From Octopus sinensis (lineage: Eukaryota), in NCBI RefSeq assembly GCF_006345805.1, contig NC_043003.1, positions 40,548,001-40,612,000 of the forward strand: DNA of 64,000 nt. The letters run 5' to 3'. A model generated the notes under the pieces. It searched no databases, was not told the origin of the DNA, and worked only from the letters and a program-made list of their open reading frames with translations. Position 1 is the stretch's first letter. Each line of letters opens with the position of its first letter. The position numbers and the translations under genes were made by a program. Shown piece after piece: positions 13,161 through 25,738 of this stretch.

Positions 13161-13514
13161 GCACACACACATACACACACACAGAGAGAAACACACACTC
13201 ATATACATGAGTTATGGAAATATCATATAAACCAGCTGCATGTATTATGTCTGTCACTGAATTACAGTATAGTGTAGATAAACAAATGTGCTATAGAAAC
13301 ACTAGTGATTGTAAGCGTTATTGTAAAATAATTATTTGTATACTGCAGATACACTAGTGTGATATTGAAAGGTTATTTCGGACCTTGTGTAGAAAAGAAT
13401 ATTACTAGTATGGAACAAGGCGGTGTGCTGGTGGACACCGTTAGCACGACGGACAAAATGCTTAACAGATTAACGCACACACATATGCACAAATATCTAC
13501 ATATAAAAGGTTTC

Positions 13515-13648
13515 ACACATTTTCCGCCTACCAAATCCTCTCAAGGCATTAGGCGTTTCAGGACTATAGTAGAAAACACTGACCCAAAGTGTCGCGTGGT
13601 GAGACTGAACCGGAAACCACGTGATTTCAAACCTTCTTAACCACATGA
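13515..13648 (-). mobile_element. SINE family C head fragment
   Basis: Reverse complement resembles GTTCAGTC..CGCG..ACTTTGGG..TTCTACTATAG..GCCTTGAGAGGATTTGGTAGGCGGAAA. Confidence 0.6.
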
Positions 13649-14169
13649 CCAAAAACATCTTTTTTTATGAATAGAAAATTAAGAAAATGGAGGTTTAGCA
13701 TTTAATAAAAATTTATTATCTGCAAAAATCCAACATATTGTCTTACAGCTGTTTCAATTAAGCCTAACGATTAAAATAATTATTAAATCATTATATTAGG
13801 TAGAGTCTCATCAAAGGGATAGAAAAGATATACCGTTAGATTATTAGGAGTTGTGTTTTCGAATCATCTCAGCAGATTTTTTTTTATAAATAGATGTTAG
13901 TGTTTCATGCAAAGGTTTCTTTCTCCTGTTCGCTTCCTAGAGACGTTTGCACGTGCTAGAAGACATATTTCTCTTGAATAATGGGTCAAGCTAGCTAGAT
14001 TTGGCCAGTATTTATGCTGCGACCATCCTGCTTTCTGACATATTACGTCCAAGAATACTAAGCTGCATTAATCTCTTTGAAAGACTTTAGGTAAGATTTG
14101 AAAGAGTTTTGACCGATAATTGCAGCGAGTCGAACGACGTCATAGAAGCTCCTTCCTTGAACTGACTGA

Positions 14170-14540
14170 GGTTTTATGTGGTATTGACGTCATTGGAGGT
14201 AGTGGTAATGGTCTTCTTGTTGTTTCTTGTGGTGGTTTTGGTGTTTTGGGGAGGCAGTGTTTATGGTAGTGCTTGTGTTTCTGGATGTGTTGGTGGCATT
14301 AGAAAAGTTAGTGGTGGTGGTGGTGGTGGTGGTGGTCGTGGTGATGATTATTTCGACACAGTTGTTTCGACAGTGCCTCGAAGGCGTTGCTGTTGTCGGA
14401 AGTGGAGGTGATGGCGGGGTGATGATAATGCCGTCCAGCGTAGTGGATGTATTGGATGTATAGATGTTTCTGGAGGAGATGGAAGTCTTGGTAATGCTGG
14501 CCGTGATGATGGAGGTGGACGAGACAGTGGATCTTAATGC
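14170..14540. repeat. Degenerate (GGT/GTT) triplet tract
   Basis: Directly visible. Confidence 0.8.
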
Positions 14541-14630
14541 GGAAGTTGTTTAAACCATGTTAGCGCCAAATGAAGAGCAGACTTAGGCTCAACACCGTTC
14601 GACCAATCTAATTTTTTAATTCAGAAAAAC

Positions 14631-14791
14631 GGCGTGGTTGCATGGTCAGATGTTTGCTTCCCAACCCAATTGTTCCGAGTTCAGTCCCACTGCGTGGTCC
14701 CTTGGACAAGTCCTTTCTACTATAGCTTCGACCCAACCAAAGACTTGAGAGTGGATTTGGTTGACGGAAACTGAAAGAAACCCGTCGTACA

Positions 14792-14856
<65 letters not shown>

Positions 14857-14902
14857 CTCTCTCTCTCTATATATATATATATTATATATATATATATATG
14901 TG

Positions 14903-14952
<50 letters not shown>

Positions 14953-15185
14953 GTATGTGTGTGCTTTTGTGTCTGTATTTGACCCCACTACCGCTAGATA
15001 ACCGGTGTAGGTTTGTTTACGTCATTATAACTTAGCGGTTGGGCCAAAGAGATCAACAGAATAAGTACTAGTTTTTTTAAAAAAAGAATTAATGGGTCAA
15101 TTTGTTCTACTAAAATTTCTTCAAGGCGGTGCCCCAGCTTGGTCACAGTCAAAGGCATTACTGAAAGAAGTAAAAGATCAAAGAT
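14631..15185 (+). mobile_element. SINE family C with internal compound microsatellite
   Basis: Head ..GAAACTGAAAGAAACCCGTCG, then (TATC)n(TC)n(TA)n, then 3' half TAACTTAGCGGTT..AGAATAAGTACTAG..CAAGGCGGTGCCCCAGC..AAAAGA. Confidence 0.85.
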
Positions 15186-15269
15186 AAAGAATATTCTTCC
15201 ATTTTCCAGATCGTGTGATTTGTGGGTAACGGGCCAAACGAGCCTCAAAATAAAAACATCTTCTTTGTG

Positions 15270-15795
15270 GTGTTAGTAGCGTATTCTGTGGTGGTTTTTT
15301 ACTGACGGCGATAGTGGTGAGTGTGATAGTGTAGGTCATAAAGGTGGCGTTGGTTTACGGTGTTGGTGCTTGTTTTGGTTTTCAGTGTAGTGGTGTATGT
15401 TGTAGTATTGAAGGTGGTGGGGATAATGGCTGTGTAATTTGATGTTGGTGGTGCCGACGGTGGAGCCGTAATGTTTGCACAAATGGAGCTGGTGTTGGTG
15501 GTGTGTTCTGTTTTAGTGGTGGAAAATGTGATGACGGCGGCAGTGTGGTATAAGTAATGTTGGTTGTGTTGATGGTGGTGGTGGTGGTGGTGGTGGTGGT
15601 GCATGTTTTGTTATTGGTGGCGGTGGAGAAACGATGGCTGGTGTAGTGAACGTTGTTTTACTGAAGGAGGTGGGGATGGTGGTATGTGTTGTGCAAATGG
15701 GGTTGGCGGTGTAAATGATATTGGTGGAGATAAGGATGGTGTTGGTGGTATTGGTGGTGTGTACATGTTTGGGGGTTTTGTGGTTTTGCAATAAA
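15270..15795. repeat. Degenerate (GGT) triplet tract
   Basis: Directly visible. Confidence 0.85.
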
Positions 15796-16029
15796 GTATT
15801 ATAGGTTTGTTTTAAGGAAGTTCGCTTTTCGATTATTTGAAAAAAAACAAAAAAAAACTAAAAAAAAATTTTTATAATCACAGTGTACTTCCCCTACCAA
15901 AATACCATTATCCCCAACCCAACATTCTTTAGGGACCACACCACACGGTTATAATAACCCCCTACTCTCTGAGGTATTAAAGTAGAAATCACTTTGTTGT
16001 CCCCTTCGGCTATCTTTACAGGATAAACA

Positions 16030-16310
16030 CAGAGGTGACAGCAGCAGCAACTACAACAAGAACAAGAACAACAAGAACAACAACTACAACAACAACAACG
16101 AAGTGATAATAATAACAATAATAAAAGTGACAATAAAGGAATAAGAACAGTAGTAACTTCAATAAAAACAGCAACAGCATCAACTAAACAACAACAAAAA
16201 CAAGGCAGTGACAATAAAAGCAGTCGCTACAACAAGAACAGTTATAACGACGATGGCAAAAACAACAGCTATAAAATCAGTAACAACAACAACAACAACA
16301 ACAACGGCAG
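16030..16310. repeat. (CAA)-rich triplet tract
   Basis: Directly visible; runs into the SINE at 16311. Confidence 0.85.
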
Positions 16311-16967
16311 TGGAGGCGCAATGGCCCAGTGGTTAGGGTAGCGGACTCGCGGTCGTAAGAACGCGGTTTCGATTCCCAGACCGGGCATTGTGAGTGTTTA
16401 TTGAGCAAAAAAAAAAAGAAAAAACCTAAGCTCCACGATGATCCGGCGGGGGGTGGGGTAAACCCCGCTGTACTCTTTCACCAGAACTTTCTCTCACTCT
16501 TTCTTCCTGTTTCTATTGCACCTGTATTTCAAAGGGCCAGCCTTGTCACACTCTGTGTCACGCTGAATCTTCTGTGGGGTGCTCAGCCACCTGCACGTTA
16601 ATAAATGAGCTGCGACGTCACTGGTGCCACGCTGTATTGGCCTTTGCCTTTCCCTTGAATAACATCTTTCTTCCTACTTCTGTCACAAAGCAGAGGAACC
16701 ATGATGTAACCCACTATGGTGTGGTAAACTTTCAGACCCTAGTCTAGATTGCGAATCCTCCTGTATCCCAGGATGGATCAGCTCTTCACCCGTTTACGGA
16801 ATGAGGATAACAACGTAGCCTCCGCGCCCGTGCAACCGCCAGTCTATCACGCGTGGTGGGCGGATATTCAAGTTGCCACACGCATTCTTGGTAATTCTAA
16901 TTTCGAATTAGAGATTATTCTTTGTGGCTAATGGCGTGAGTCCTGATTGGAAGAAGAAGAAGAAGAA
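16311..16967 (+). mobile_element. Composite SINE: head A + module C part + module D part + tail E with (GAA)n
   Basis: A and B boxes present. 16510-16590 matches 23930-24050, 16605-16665 matches the reverse complement of 38945-39015, and 16676-16967 matches 2389-2745. Confidence 0.85.
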
Positions 16968-17050
16968 CAACAACAACAAGAACAAGAAGAAGGCAACAAC
17001 GGCAACAGCAAAAGCTTCAGTACCAACAATAACATTACCAAGCTCAAACA

Positions 17051-17310
17051 GACGTAGCTGTGTGGTACGAAACTTGCTTCCCAGCCACATGGTTCTGGTT
17101 TCAGTTCCACTGCGTGGCACCTTGAGTAAGTGTCTTCTACTATAGCCTCGGGCCTATCAAAACCTTGTGAGTGGATTTTGGTAGACAGGAAGTGAAAGCC
17201 CGTTGTGTGCGTGTATATATGTATATGTATGTATGTATGTATATATATATATACGTATATATGTGTGCGTGCGTGTGTGTGTGTGTGTATTGTACATATA
17301 TATATGTGTG

Positions 17311-17345
<35 letters not shown>

Positions 17346-17618
17346 TTGTGTCTGCGTGTGTATGTGTGTCTTTGTGTCTGTGTTGTCCCCATCCAACCCC
17401 CCACTTGTCAATGGTATTGGCATGATTACGTCCCTGTGCCTTAGCGGTTCGATAAGACACGCCGATAGAATAAGTCACAAGTGCCCCCCACCACACGCAC
17501 GCACACAAAAAGAAAATTAAGTACTGGGGTCAATTCGTTTGGCTAAAAATTCTTCAAGGCGGTGCCCCAGCATGAACGCGGTCCAATGACTGTAACAAGT
17601 AAAAGCTAAAGCTAAAAG
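17051..17618 (+). mobile_element. SINE family C with internal (TA)(TATG)(TG) tract
   Basis: Both halves align to 22493-22910. Confidence 0.85.
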
Positions 17619-18119
17619 TAATCGAAAGAACAGCAACAACAACAACAATAACAAAAACAACCACAACGCGAACATCAAGAGTAAAAGCAGCTAGAATAAA
17701 AATTACAATATCAAAAATAACAAAAGTAACAAGTGCTATAGGTACGTGGTTGTTCGACCTGCTAAAAATAACAGCTAAATATACCTTTAAGGAAAAGCAG
17801 GACAGGCTGGAGATTACTATCTCTGATACACAAAAACAATGGATGATTATGGTTGGAACACTTTTTAAACATGGTTGACCTGGGGTTGAACAATTACGAC
17901 AACAACAACAACAGCAATAACAGAGACATGAACGCCGTTTCGTGGTCGCTCGATTTCCTGGAAATAGAAGTAGCAAACAACAAAAGTACCATTACAACAC
18001 ATACAACAAAAACATCAACAACAGCAACAATAGCTACTACTACTATTATTGCTGCAGCTGTTGCTGCTGCCATGGTATCACATTTTCGTCCGCCCGTACC
18101 TTCTACGTAAACAGCTATA

Positions 18120-19106
18120 TTTTCATTTTGGAGGTAATCTCAAATATTTATATATTTGAAACGTAGGAGATCACCATTCAAAAAAAAAAAAAAAAATTAA
18201 AGAACAGCTGCTACTTTTATTTCCAATGTTAAATCTACGCTTCTTTCCAAAGTTGTTTGAATTAAGAAGAAAATAATTTTTATTTTGGTGTTTTATGCTT
18301 TTTCGTAGCTCTATTCTTCTCTATAACTTTTCTTTATCGTTTTTGAAATTTGAATGAATATTACCTTTTTTCAGACATTTGATGTTAAAGTGCTAAGTAG
18401 TAAGAAAATTAGTGATTTCGACACCTGCTTCCGTTTGAAACATTTGTGCTGTGCAAAGAAGACGCTATATAACAAAAAAAAAAAGCACCGAAATGGTTTT
18501 CACGTTTTTAAGGAAGAAACATTTGACTTCATAGATCCTTCATTTTCCGGCCGACCTGGTTAGTTCAATGAAGATCGAGTGAACGAGCTCATCTACGATG
18601 ATTCGCGCCAATCCAGGAGGCAATTTGACCAAAAGATAGGCTGCTTTCATGATACCGTTGTTTGTTATCTTCATTCAATGGACAATCCAGCTGAAACGAC
18701 ACGACCAGTTACACGGCGTGTTTCTTCAACAAAACACTCACCCACATGTCAACTAATTTGACTAAAAATGCAATCCAAGAGCTCGGGTTGGAAGTTCTGC
18801 AGTCATCCAACCGTATTTTCCTGATACAGCGCCTTCAGATTACCATTTTTTCCGTCGTTCTCCAGTTGCCTCTGAAGCATTTCATTCAACAAAGTCGTGG
18901 AGTTGAACGCATAGCTCGATGAATTCTTCGAGTCAAGATACCGTAATTTCTACTATCAAGGCATTGACGAGCAAGTGAGATGTTGGCAAGAAGTCATGAA
19001 CAATGACGGAGAATATGTTATTGACTGATTTGTTAAATTGTTGACGAAAATAAGGATTAAAAATAGACGGAAAAAAACCCGGGGGAATTTTTCTGACAAC
19101 CCAATA
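18120..19106 (+). mobile_element. Mariner transposon relic, internally deleted transposase, right TIR-like end
   Basis: WF..FK.ETFDF.D..SGRP..FNEDRVNELI..DSRQS..IGCFHDTVV.YLH (HTH region), a deletion near 18680, then PHMS..AIQELG.EVL.HP.YFPDTAPSDYH.F..GEYVID* (stop 19026-19028). Ends TTTTCTGACAACCCAATA. Confidence 0.9.
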
Positions 19107-19329
19107 GCGTTACATATTTCAATATTTTTCCCTTTCTTAGGCTCAACAAAGCATTTAAATTGTATGACTTACATCAACGCCGAATCAACAGAATGTAAAC
19201 TGTTGATTTTCTCGGCTATCACGCAGGAAAGGCACCTGAAGATTTTAACATTGATTACCGGATTAGATTAGTGTTTTGTGATAATACAAATGTTTCCATG
19301 GATTGTGCTTCGGGCAGAAATGAGTCAGA

Positions 19330-19680
19330 GTAACGAAAAGGAATACAGATAAGAGACAGATAAACAGGTAAATAGACAGGTGTAAACAGAGATAAGTAGA
19401 AAGATAGGTAATAGATAGATAGAAAGACAGATAGATAGCTGAATTGAAAGAACGATAGATAGAGTGGTAGATAGACAGATAAGCAGATAGATATACATGT
19501 AGATGTAATGATAGATGAAGAGAGTAAACTGTACATGCGAGGAAGAGAGAGAGAGAGAGAGAGAGAAGGTAAAGGAGAAACAGGAGAAGAAAGAGACACA
19601 GGGAAAAATAGAGAGAAAGAGATCGACAAGGGAGACAGAGAAAGAAAGGGGGGAGAGAGAGAAACGAAAATTGGGATGTG
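19330..19680. repeat. (GATA)/(GA)-rich purine tract
   Basis: Directly visible. Confidence 0.85.
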
Positions 19681-20024
19681 ATTGACTGTATCGATACATG
19701 CACTCACCAATACGTGGACACTATAGGAAATGAGCCTATAACTAAACTTTTCTCTCTTCCTTTGAAATCAGTAGAATACCAGTCAAATTCTGGAGTTAAT
19801 TTTCTCCTTATTCCCTCACTGTTGCACATGTAACTCAAAAGGTTCCGCCTTGTTACTTTCGACTCACTGACTCTGTTATATGATAATTATGTTAAGCGTA
19901 CATACTTCTGTGGAATATTCAACCAATTGCATTTAATCTCACGAGTAGGAATTCAGTTCATCAACTTTAGCATTTGCCATATAAATGCACACACGTGCGC
20001 GCACAAACACACGCATACACACAC

Positions 20025-20081
<57 letters not shown>

Positions 20082-20187
20082 ACATACACACACATGTGGT
20101 ATGCTCATGGTCGTCGTTTATCACAGTTGACACAGTCCCTTCTAGATTAAGTTAAGGTCGGTTTGGAAGTTCATATTTTAAATTATA

Positions 20188-20352
20188 TAGGCGCAGGCGT
20201 GGCTGTGTGGTAAGAAGATTATTTCCCAACCACATGGTTCTGGGTTCGGCTCCACTGTATAGCACCTTAGGCAAGTGTCTTCTACTATAACTTAAGGCCA
20301 ACAAAAGCTTTGTGAGTGGATGTGGTAGAAAGAAAAATGAAATGAGCCCACC
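20188..20352 (+). mobile_element. SINE family C head half
   Basis: TAGGCGCAGGCGTGGCTGTGTGGTAAG..GGTTCGGCTCC..CACCTTAGGCAAGTGTCTTCTACTATA. Confidence 0.8.
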
Positions 20353-20430
20353 ATATATGTATAGCATCCTCCATCACTTTAGTGACGGTTATACTTGTTG
20401 CCTTTCGGTTGTAAATTGCGAATAGCCACC

Positions 20431-20483
<53 letters not shown>

Positions 20484-20485
<2 letters not shown>

Positions 20486-21020
20486 AGGCAGTGGCTCTCA
20501 TGGCTTCTGATCTTAACTGATTGGAAGTGTTATCATGTCATTGTTTTGTCTTGGTATAAAAGATGGGCTACAGCAAATATTCTGCTCATACCACAGATTT
20601 GCTTGTCAGTTTTTTGACCTTAACCAGTTGAGCATGTCCCTTAGTGGCTGACGATATGTGCATCTCTGATCATGAGCAGAAGTAGTTTGGTGGAGCATCA
20701 TCGCCATGTGTTGAGAGGGATTCTTTGGGGTTTGAATAGTTCACCTCTGGAAACATGGGTGGTTCTTTCAACATCCTTAAACAACCCTTATTCAGGGACC
20801 GTTTGAGCGGGATGGGCTACTCAACCTGAAGAAACTTCTAACTGGGCCCCACCTGCAAGTCATTGCTGTTTACTTGATATGAGATCACCATGTCGCGCAC
20901 ATATGGTTGTGATGCATGTGCCTGGTGTACCTTAATCAGACGGGTAGTCATGATGGGTATATTGGGCTTCGTATATTTTACCCCAGTGTCACTTTGATGG
21001 CATGAACTGCTCTCTCACTC
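20484..21020 (+). mobile_element. Unclassified ~540-bp interspersed repeat flanked on both sides by (AAT)n
   Basis: (AAT)n at 20433-20483 and 21021-21038. An internal part recurs at ~56424-56593. Strand inferred from treating the right tract as a tail. Confidence 0.55.
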
Positions 21021-21349
21021 AATAATAATAATAATAATATATATATATATATATAATATATATACATATACACACACACATGAATATATGTGTGTATGCG
21101 TGTGTTTTTGTGTCAGTGTTTGACACCCGCCACCGATTGACAATCGGTGTTGGTGTACTTACGTCCCCGTAACTTAGCGTTTCGGCAAAAATTGACTTTT
21201 ATTAATCGGTGGTGGGGACAAACATAGATAAGAAAACACACATACACGCGAGTGCGAATACACACTCACCACACACACACACACATTCACACACACGCAC
21301 ACCCAACACACTACACATACGCACACATACACACACACATGCACACAAT

Positions 21350-21412
<63 letters not shown>

Positions 21413-21429
21413 GTATAGATTTAATATAA

Positions 21430-21570
21430 AATATAAATTACAAAGTGGGACAAGAACGCAAAAACACACAAGGAAACGACACAAAAAACCGACGGGTCAC
21501 TCGAAGCCTCTAATCTTCAGTCGGGAACCGGTTCATCTTAGTGATTTCGGCTGTTTAAAATCTCGTATAT
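21430..21570. repeat. Interspersed repeat fragment shared with 29385-29640
   Basis: GGGACAAGAACGCAAAA..ACGGGTCACTCGAAGCCT..ATCTTCAGTC..GAACCGG occurs in both places, each after a (TA)n tract. Confidence 0.65.
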
Positions 21571-21582
21571 ATAGATGTTTCA

Positions 21583-21641
<59 letters not shown>

Positions 21642-21681
21642 ATATATAATTGTATATATATATATATTATATATAATATAT

Positions 21682-21732
<51 letters not shown>

Positions 21733-21770
21733 ATGTGTGTGTGTGTGTGGTGTGTGTGTGTGTGTGTGTG

Positions 21771-21925
21771 TTTCCGCCTACCAGATTCACTCTCAAGGCT
21801 CTGACCAACCTGGGTATAGTAGAAAACACTAGCCCAAGATGCCACGTAGTGGGACCAAACTTGGAACCATGTAGCTAGGAACCATGTGACTGAACTCATA
21901 AGCGTGTAACCTCGCCTGTGCCTGC
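21771..21925 (-). mobile_element. SINE family C head half
   Basis: Reverse complement aligns to 22493-22655. Confidence 0.75.
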
Positions 21926-22118
21926 TAATTTAGAAGCGACGCCCTTCACGTTCAGACCATCAGTTTAAGTGGATATTTCAAGAAATCACAGCTAGAGTAG
22001 CTTAGACACGTGGTGTACCTCTGGTGGCCGGCTATCATAAGGGAGATATTCCCTTCTAGGAGGTCATGTATTTTGAGTGCCAATTCTTCATTCTTTCGAA
22101 TAGTCGGCACGCATAATT

Positions 22119-22437
22119 TGGCACCCTGTTGGCTACGACGACGTAGGTTCCAGTTGATCCGATCAATGAAACAGCTTGCTCTTGAAATTAACTTGAAAAT
22201 GGCTGAGTACTCCGCAGACACGCGTACCTTTAACGTAGTTCTCGTGGAGATTCAGCATGACACAGAATGTGACAAGGCTAGAACTTTGAAATTTCAATTT
22301 TTGTCACCTGAGTTGACTAGATGGATCTGAAATAAATTTTGTTGCTCAATGACACAAAGCGCCGGCGGCGGCATCGAACTCACGACCTTACGATCGTCAG
22401 CCGAATGCCCCTTACCACTAAGCCACGTGCCTTCACA
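22119..22437 (-). mobile_element. SINE head B + CORE-like + module C
   Basis: TGTGAAGGCACGTGGCTTAGTGG..GAGTTCGATGCC; 3' part aligns to 24320-24497. Confidence 0.8.
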
Positions 22438-22492
22438 CAAGCACGACATAACACGAGGCGAATAAATTACGCTGAACTAAACATTTTGCGAA

Positions 22493-22665
22493 TAGGCGTA
22501 GGAGTGCTTGTGTGGTAAGTAGGTTGCTTACGAACCTTATGGTTCCGGGTTCAGTCCTATTGCGTGGCACCTTGGGCAAGTGTTTTGTAGTATAGCCTCG
22601 GGCCGACCAAAGCCTTGTGAGTGGATTTGGTAGACGGAAACTGAAGGAAGCCCGTCGTATATATG

Positions 22666-22698
<33 letters not shown>

Positions 22699-22910
22699 AT
22701 GTTTGTGTGTCTGTGTTTGTCCCCCCAACATCGCTTGACGACCGATGCTGGTGTGTTTTCGTCCCCGTAACTTAGCGGTTCGGCAAAAGACCCCGATAGA
22801 ATAAGTACTAGGCTTACAAAGAATAAGTTGTAGGGGCGATTTGCTCGACTAAAGGCGGTGCTCCAGCATGGCCACAGTCAAATGAGTGAAACAAGTAAAA
22901 GATTAAAAGA
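22493..22910 (+). mobile_element. Full-length SINE family C
   Basis: tRNA-like head, short (TA)n(TG)n spacer, 3' half ending AAACAAGTAAAAGATTAAAAGA. Confidence 0.9.
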
Positions 22911-23478
22911 GGGAGTTAGACAATTCATATTTTGTATGCATACACACACACACACACACACACATCTATAGATAGATATCAGTAATAACGAATATTGCAT
23001 TCTTACAAACTTCAAATGCTGTCATACTTATAAGTTGGAGAAAATCTGCATCATATCATTTTATTCATTTTTCTTTTAAGTGGTTTCGTCTGCAAAAAAG
23101 GGCTTTACTGAAGGTTTTTCACAGTCAAACCTTCCACTGGAAGCATGCTAAAGTTGTATATTGAAAAGGGATCACATTATATTTCCACTTTTTTCTTTGC
23201 TGGGTGCACGAACCGGCGGGTGGTTGGGTGGGTAGTTTTATGAAACGCATTTAAATTGATTTTTTTTGTATTTTTTTTTTATTTTTGTTTGATTCCCTGT
23301 CTTCTCTATAATTGTTGTTCAGTTTTTATGTGCATGGATTTCTTTATTTTTTATTGTTTTTTTAAAAAATTATTCAATTTAACAAACTATTTGCCTGAAG
23401 GCATCGTTCATAAAAAGCGATTTTAACTTTCTTAACCCACCACCACTCGCACCAATCATACAATTACCAGCAACAACC

Positions 23479-23578
23479 NNNNNNNNNNNNNNNNNNNNNN
23501 NNNNNNNNNNNNNNNNNNNNNNNNNNNNNNNNNNNNNNNNNNNNNNNNNNNNNNNNNNNNNNNNNNNNNNNNNNNNNN
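23479..23578. other. Assembly gap (100 N)
   Basis: Run of N. Confidence 1.
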
Positions 23579-23764
23579 TTTTGTTGTTGTTGTTGTTGTT
23601 GTTGTTGTTATTGTTGTTTTGTTCTTTAATTCGACTTAGTTACAGTTGATGATTTTCTTCATGTTGTTTTAGTTATTGTTACGAATGTCTTCGTCGTCGT
23701 CGTCGTCGTCCTCATCGTCGCTGGTTTCGTCGCCGTACTAATCTTAATATTTAGTTTTTTTATT

Positions 23765-24125
23765 ATGGCCCAGTGGTTAGGGCAGCGGACTCGCGGTTTT
23801 CCGACTCCCAGACGGGCGTTGTGAATGTTTATTGAGCGAAAACACCTAAAGCTCCACGAGGCTCCGGCAGGGGATGGTGGTGATCCCCTGCTGTAGTCTT
23901 TCACACAACTTTCTCTCACTCTTACTTCCTGTTTCTGTTGTTACCTGTATTTCAAAGGGCCGGCCTTGTCACTCTCTGTGTCACGCTGAATATTCCCGAG
24001 AACTACGTTAAGGGTACACGTGTCTGTGGAGTGCTCAGCCACTTACACGTTAATTTCACGAGCAGGCTGTTCCGTTGATCGGATCAACCGGAACCCTCGT
24101 CGTCGTAACCGACGGAGTGCTTCCA
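23765..24125 (+). mobile_element. SINE head A + module C (standard form)
   Basis: ATGGCCCAGTGGTTAGGGCAGCGGACTCGCGG ... CCCTCGTCGTCGTAACCGACGGAGTGCTTCCA; matches 36089-36470. Confidence 0.9.
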
Positions 24126-24171
24126 CCAATGTGCTGCACGTGATAGCTTTGCTATCACAGCCTGTAATGTT

Positions 24172-24497
24172 TGAAGGTGCGTGGCTTAGTGGTTAAGAAC
24201 ACACGGGTCATGATCGTAAGGTCGTCAGTTCGATTCCAGCGGTGCGTTGTGTTCTTGAGCGCGACACTTTATTTCACGTTGCTCCAGTACACTCAGCTGG
24301 CAAAGATTAGTTATACCTGTAATACAAAAGGGCCAGCCTTGTCACTTTCTGCATCACGCCGAACCTCCCTGAGAACTACTTTAAGGGTACGCGTATCTAT
24401 GGAGCATTCAGCCACTTGTAAGCGAATTCCCCGTGCATGCTGTTCAGTTCATCGGTTAACCTCAACCTACGACATATTCGTAACCGACGGAGTGCCA
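24172..24497 (+). mobile_element. SINE head B + CORE-like + module C
   Basis: GAAGGTGCGTGGCTTAGTGG..GTTCGATTCC..TTCACGTTGCTCCAGTACACTCAGCTGG..AAAGGGCCAGCCTTGTCAC..AACCGACGGAGTGCCA. Confidence 0.85.
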
Positions 24498-24520
24498 TTT
24501 TTTAATGTTATTCTTGGTGC

Positions 24521-24756
24521 CTTCTTCTTCTTCCGATCAGGACTCACGCCATTAGCCACAAAGAATAATCTCTAATTCGAGCCTACTCTAAGATACTAAG
24601 AATGCGTGTGGCAACTTGAAGATCCACTGACCACACGCGAGACTCGTGGAGCTTAGGAGTTTTTGCTCAATAAACACAATGCCCGGTCTGGGAATCGAAA
24701 CCGCGTTCTTACGACCGCGAGTCCGCTGCCCTAACCACTGGGCCATTGCGCCTCCA
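24521..24756 (-). mobile_element. Short chimera: SINE head A (~115 nt) + last ~120 nt of tail E
   Basis: Junction near 24641-24644; tail matches 2389-2560. Confidence 0.85.
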
Positions 24757-24829
24757 CTCTTGTTGTTGCTGTACATGACAGTCGTTATTTTAGTTATTAC
24801 TGTAGATGTGACTATTACTTTTTATTTTC

Positions 24830-25270
24830 TTATTATCTTTTGTTTGAATCATTAGACTGCGGCCATGCTGGGGTACCGCCTTGCAGAATTTTAGTCGAAC
24901 GAATCGACTCCATTACTAATTATGTTATTATAAAGGGTATATCCTATGTATCTATATTCTAGATATGTTTTTGTAAAGGCTATATTTTATATATCTTTTT
25001 TGCCAAACCGCTAAATTATGGGGACGTAAACTCACCAATACCGGTTACCAAGCGGTAGTGGCAGACACACATCCACACACACGCACTCACACAAACGCAC
25101 ATCCACACTTACACACATACATATATGACGGGAGTCTTTCAGTTTCCCATAACCAAATCCACTCAAAAGGCTTCGGTCAGCCTGAGGCTATAGCAGGAGA
25201 GGATTGCCCACAGTACCATATAGTTCAGGGACTGAACCCGCAACAATGTGGTTTGAAAGTATACTTCTTT
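24830..25270 (-). mobile_element. SINE family C
   Basis: Both halves recognisable on the reverse strand. Confidence 0.75.
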
Positions 25271-25738
25271 ATTCATTATATTGGCCATAAAGGGAAGGGA
25301 AGCTGCGGGCTGGACATATAGACATAATGTTATATGAAATGACAAATGAGAACGATGATAAATGAGGGCAACAAGCGACGCCCGCCGATCGCTGCTTACC
25401 CGAGAACATTGATCTTATTATTTCATTCACATCCAACAAACCTCTTACATTGTTCACAATTCAAAAAGCAAAATGAAGCACTAAGCCTCTTACTTTTATT
25501 TTTCAGTTATAAACTTTCATGCCCGACCAGGCTCGTCGCCTCATTCAAACACCTGGACGGTGCCGAGTCGGGCCACTTTAAAATAAATCTAAAAGTGCCC
25601 TCAAGGAAGGAGTTAATATCCCTGCACAAATTGGTCTCCCATACTTTTTACTAAACAGCAAAGCCTGCGCCTATTGCGAACTTACCTATTTGTTCGCTAC
25701 ATTACCGCTGTTGTTATTACTTCGATTATTCTTATTCC

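Noticed and set aside
21490-21560. CTGAAGA and GAAA on the minus strand here and at 29460-29520, in an order like the 34.3-kb motif
   Set aside because: The pairings are out of register with the core, U16.1 is absent, and the second copy shows no covariation.
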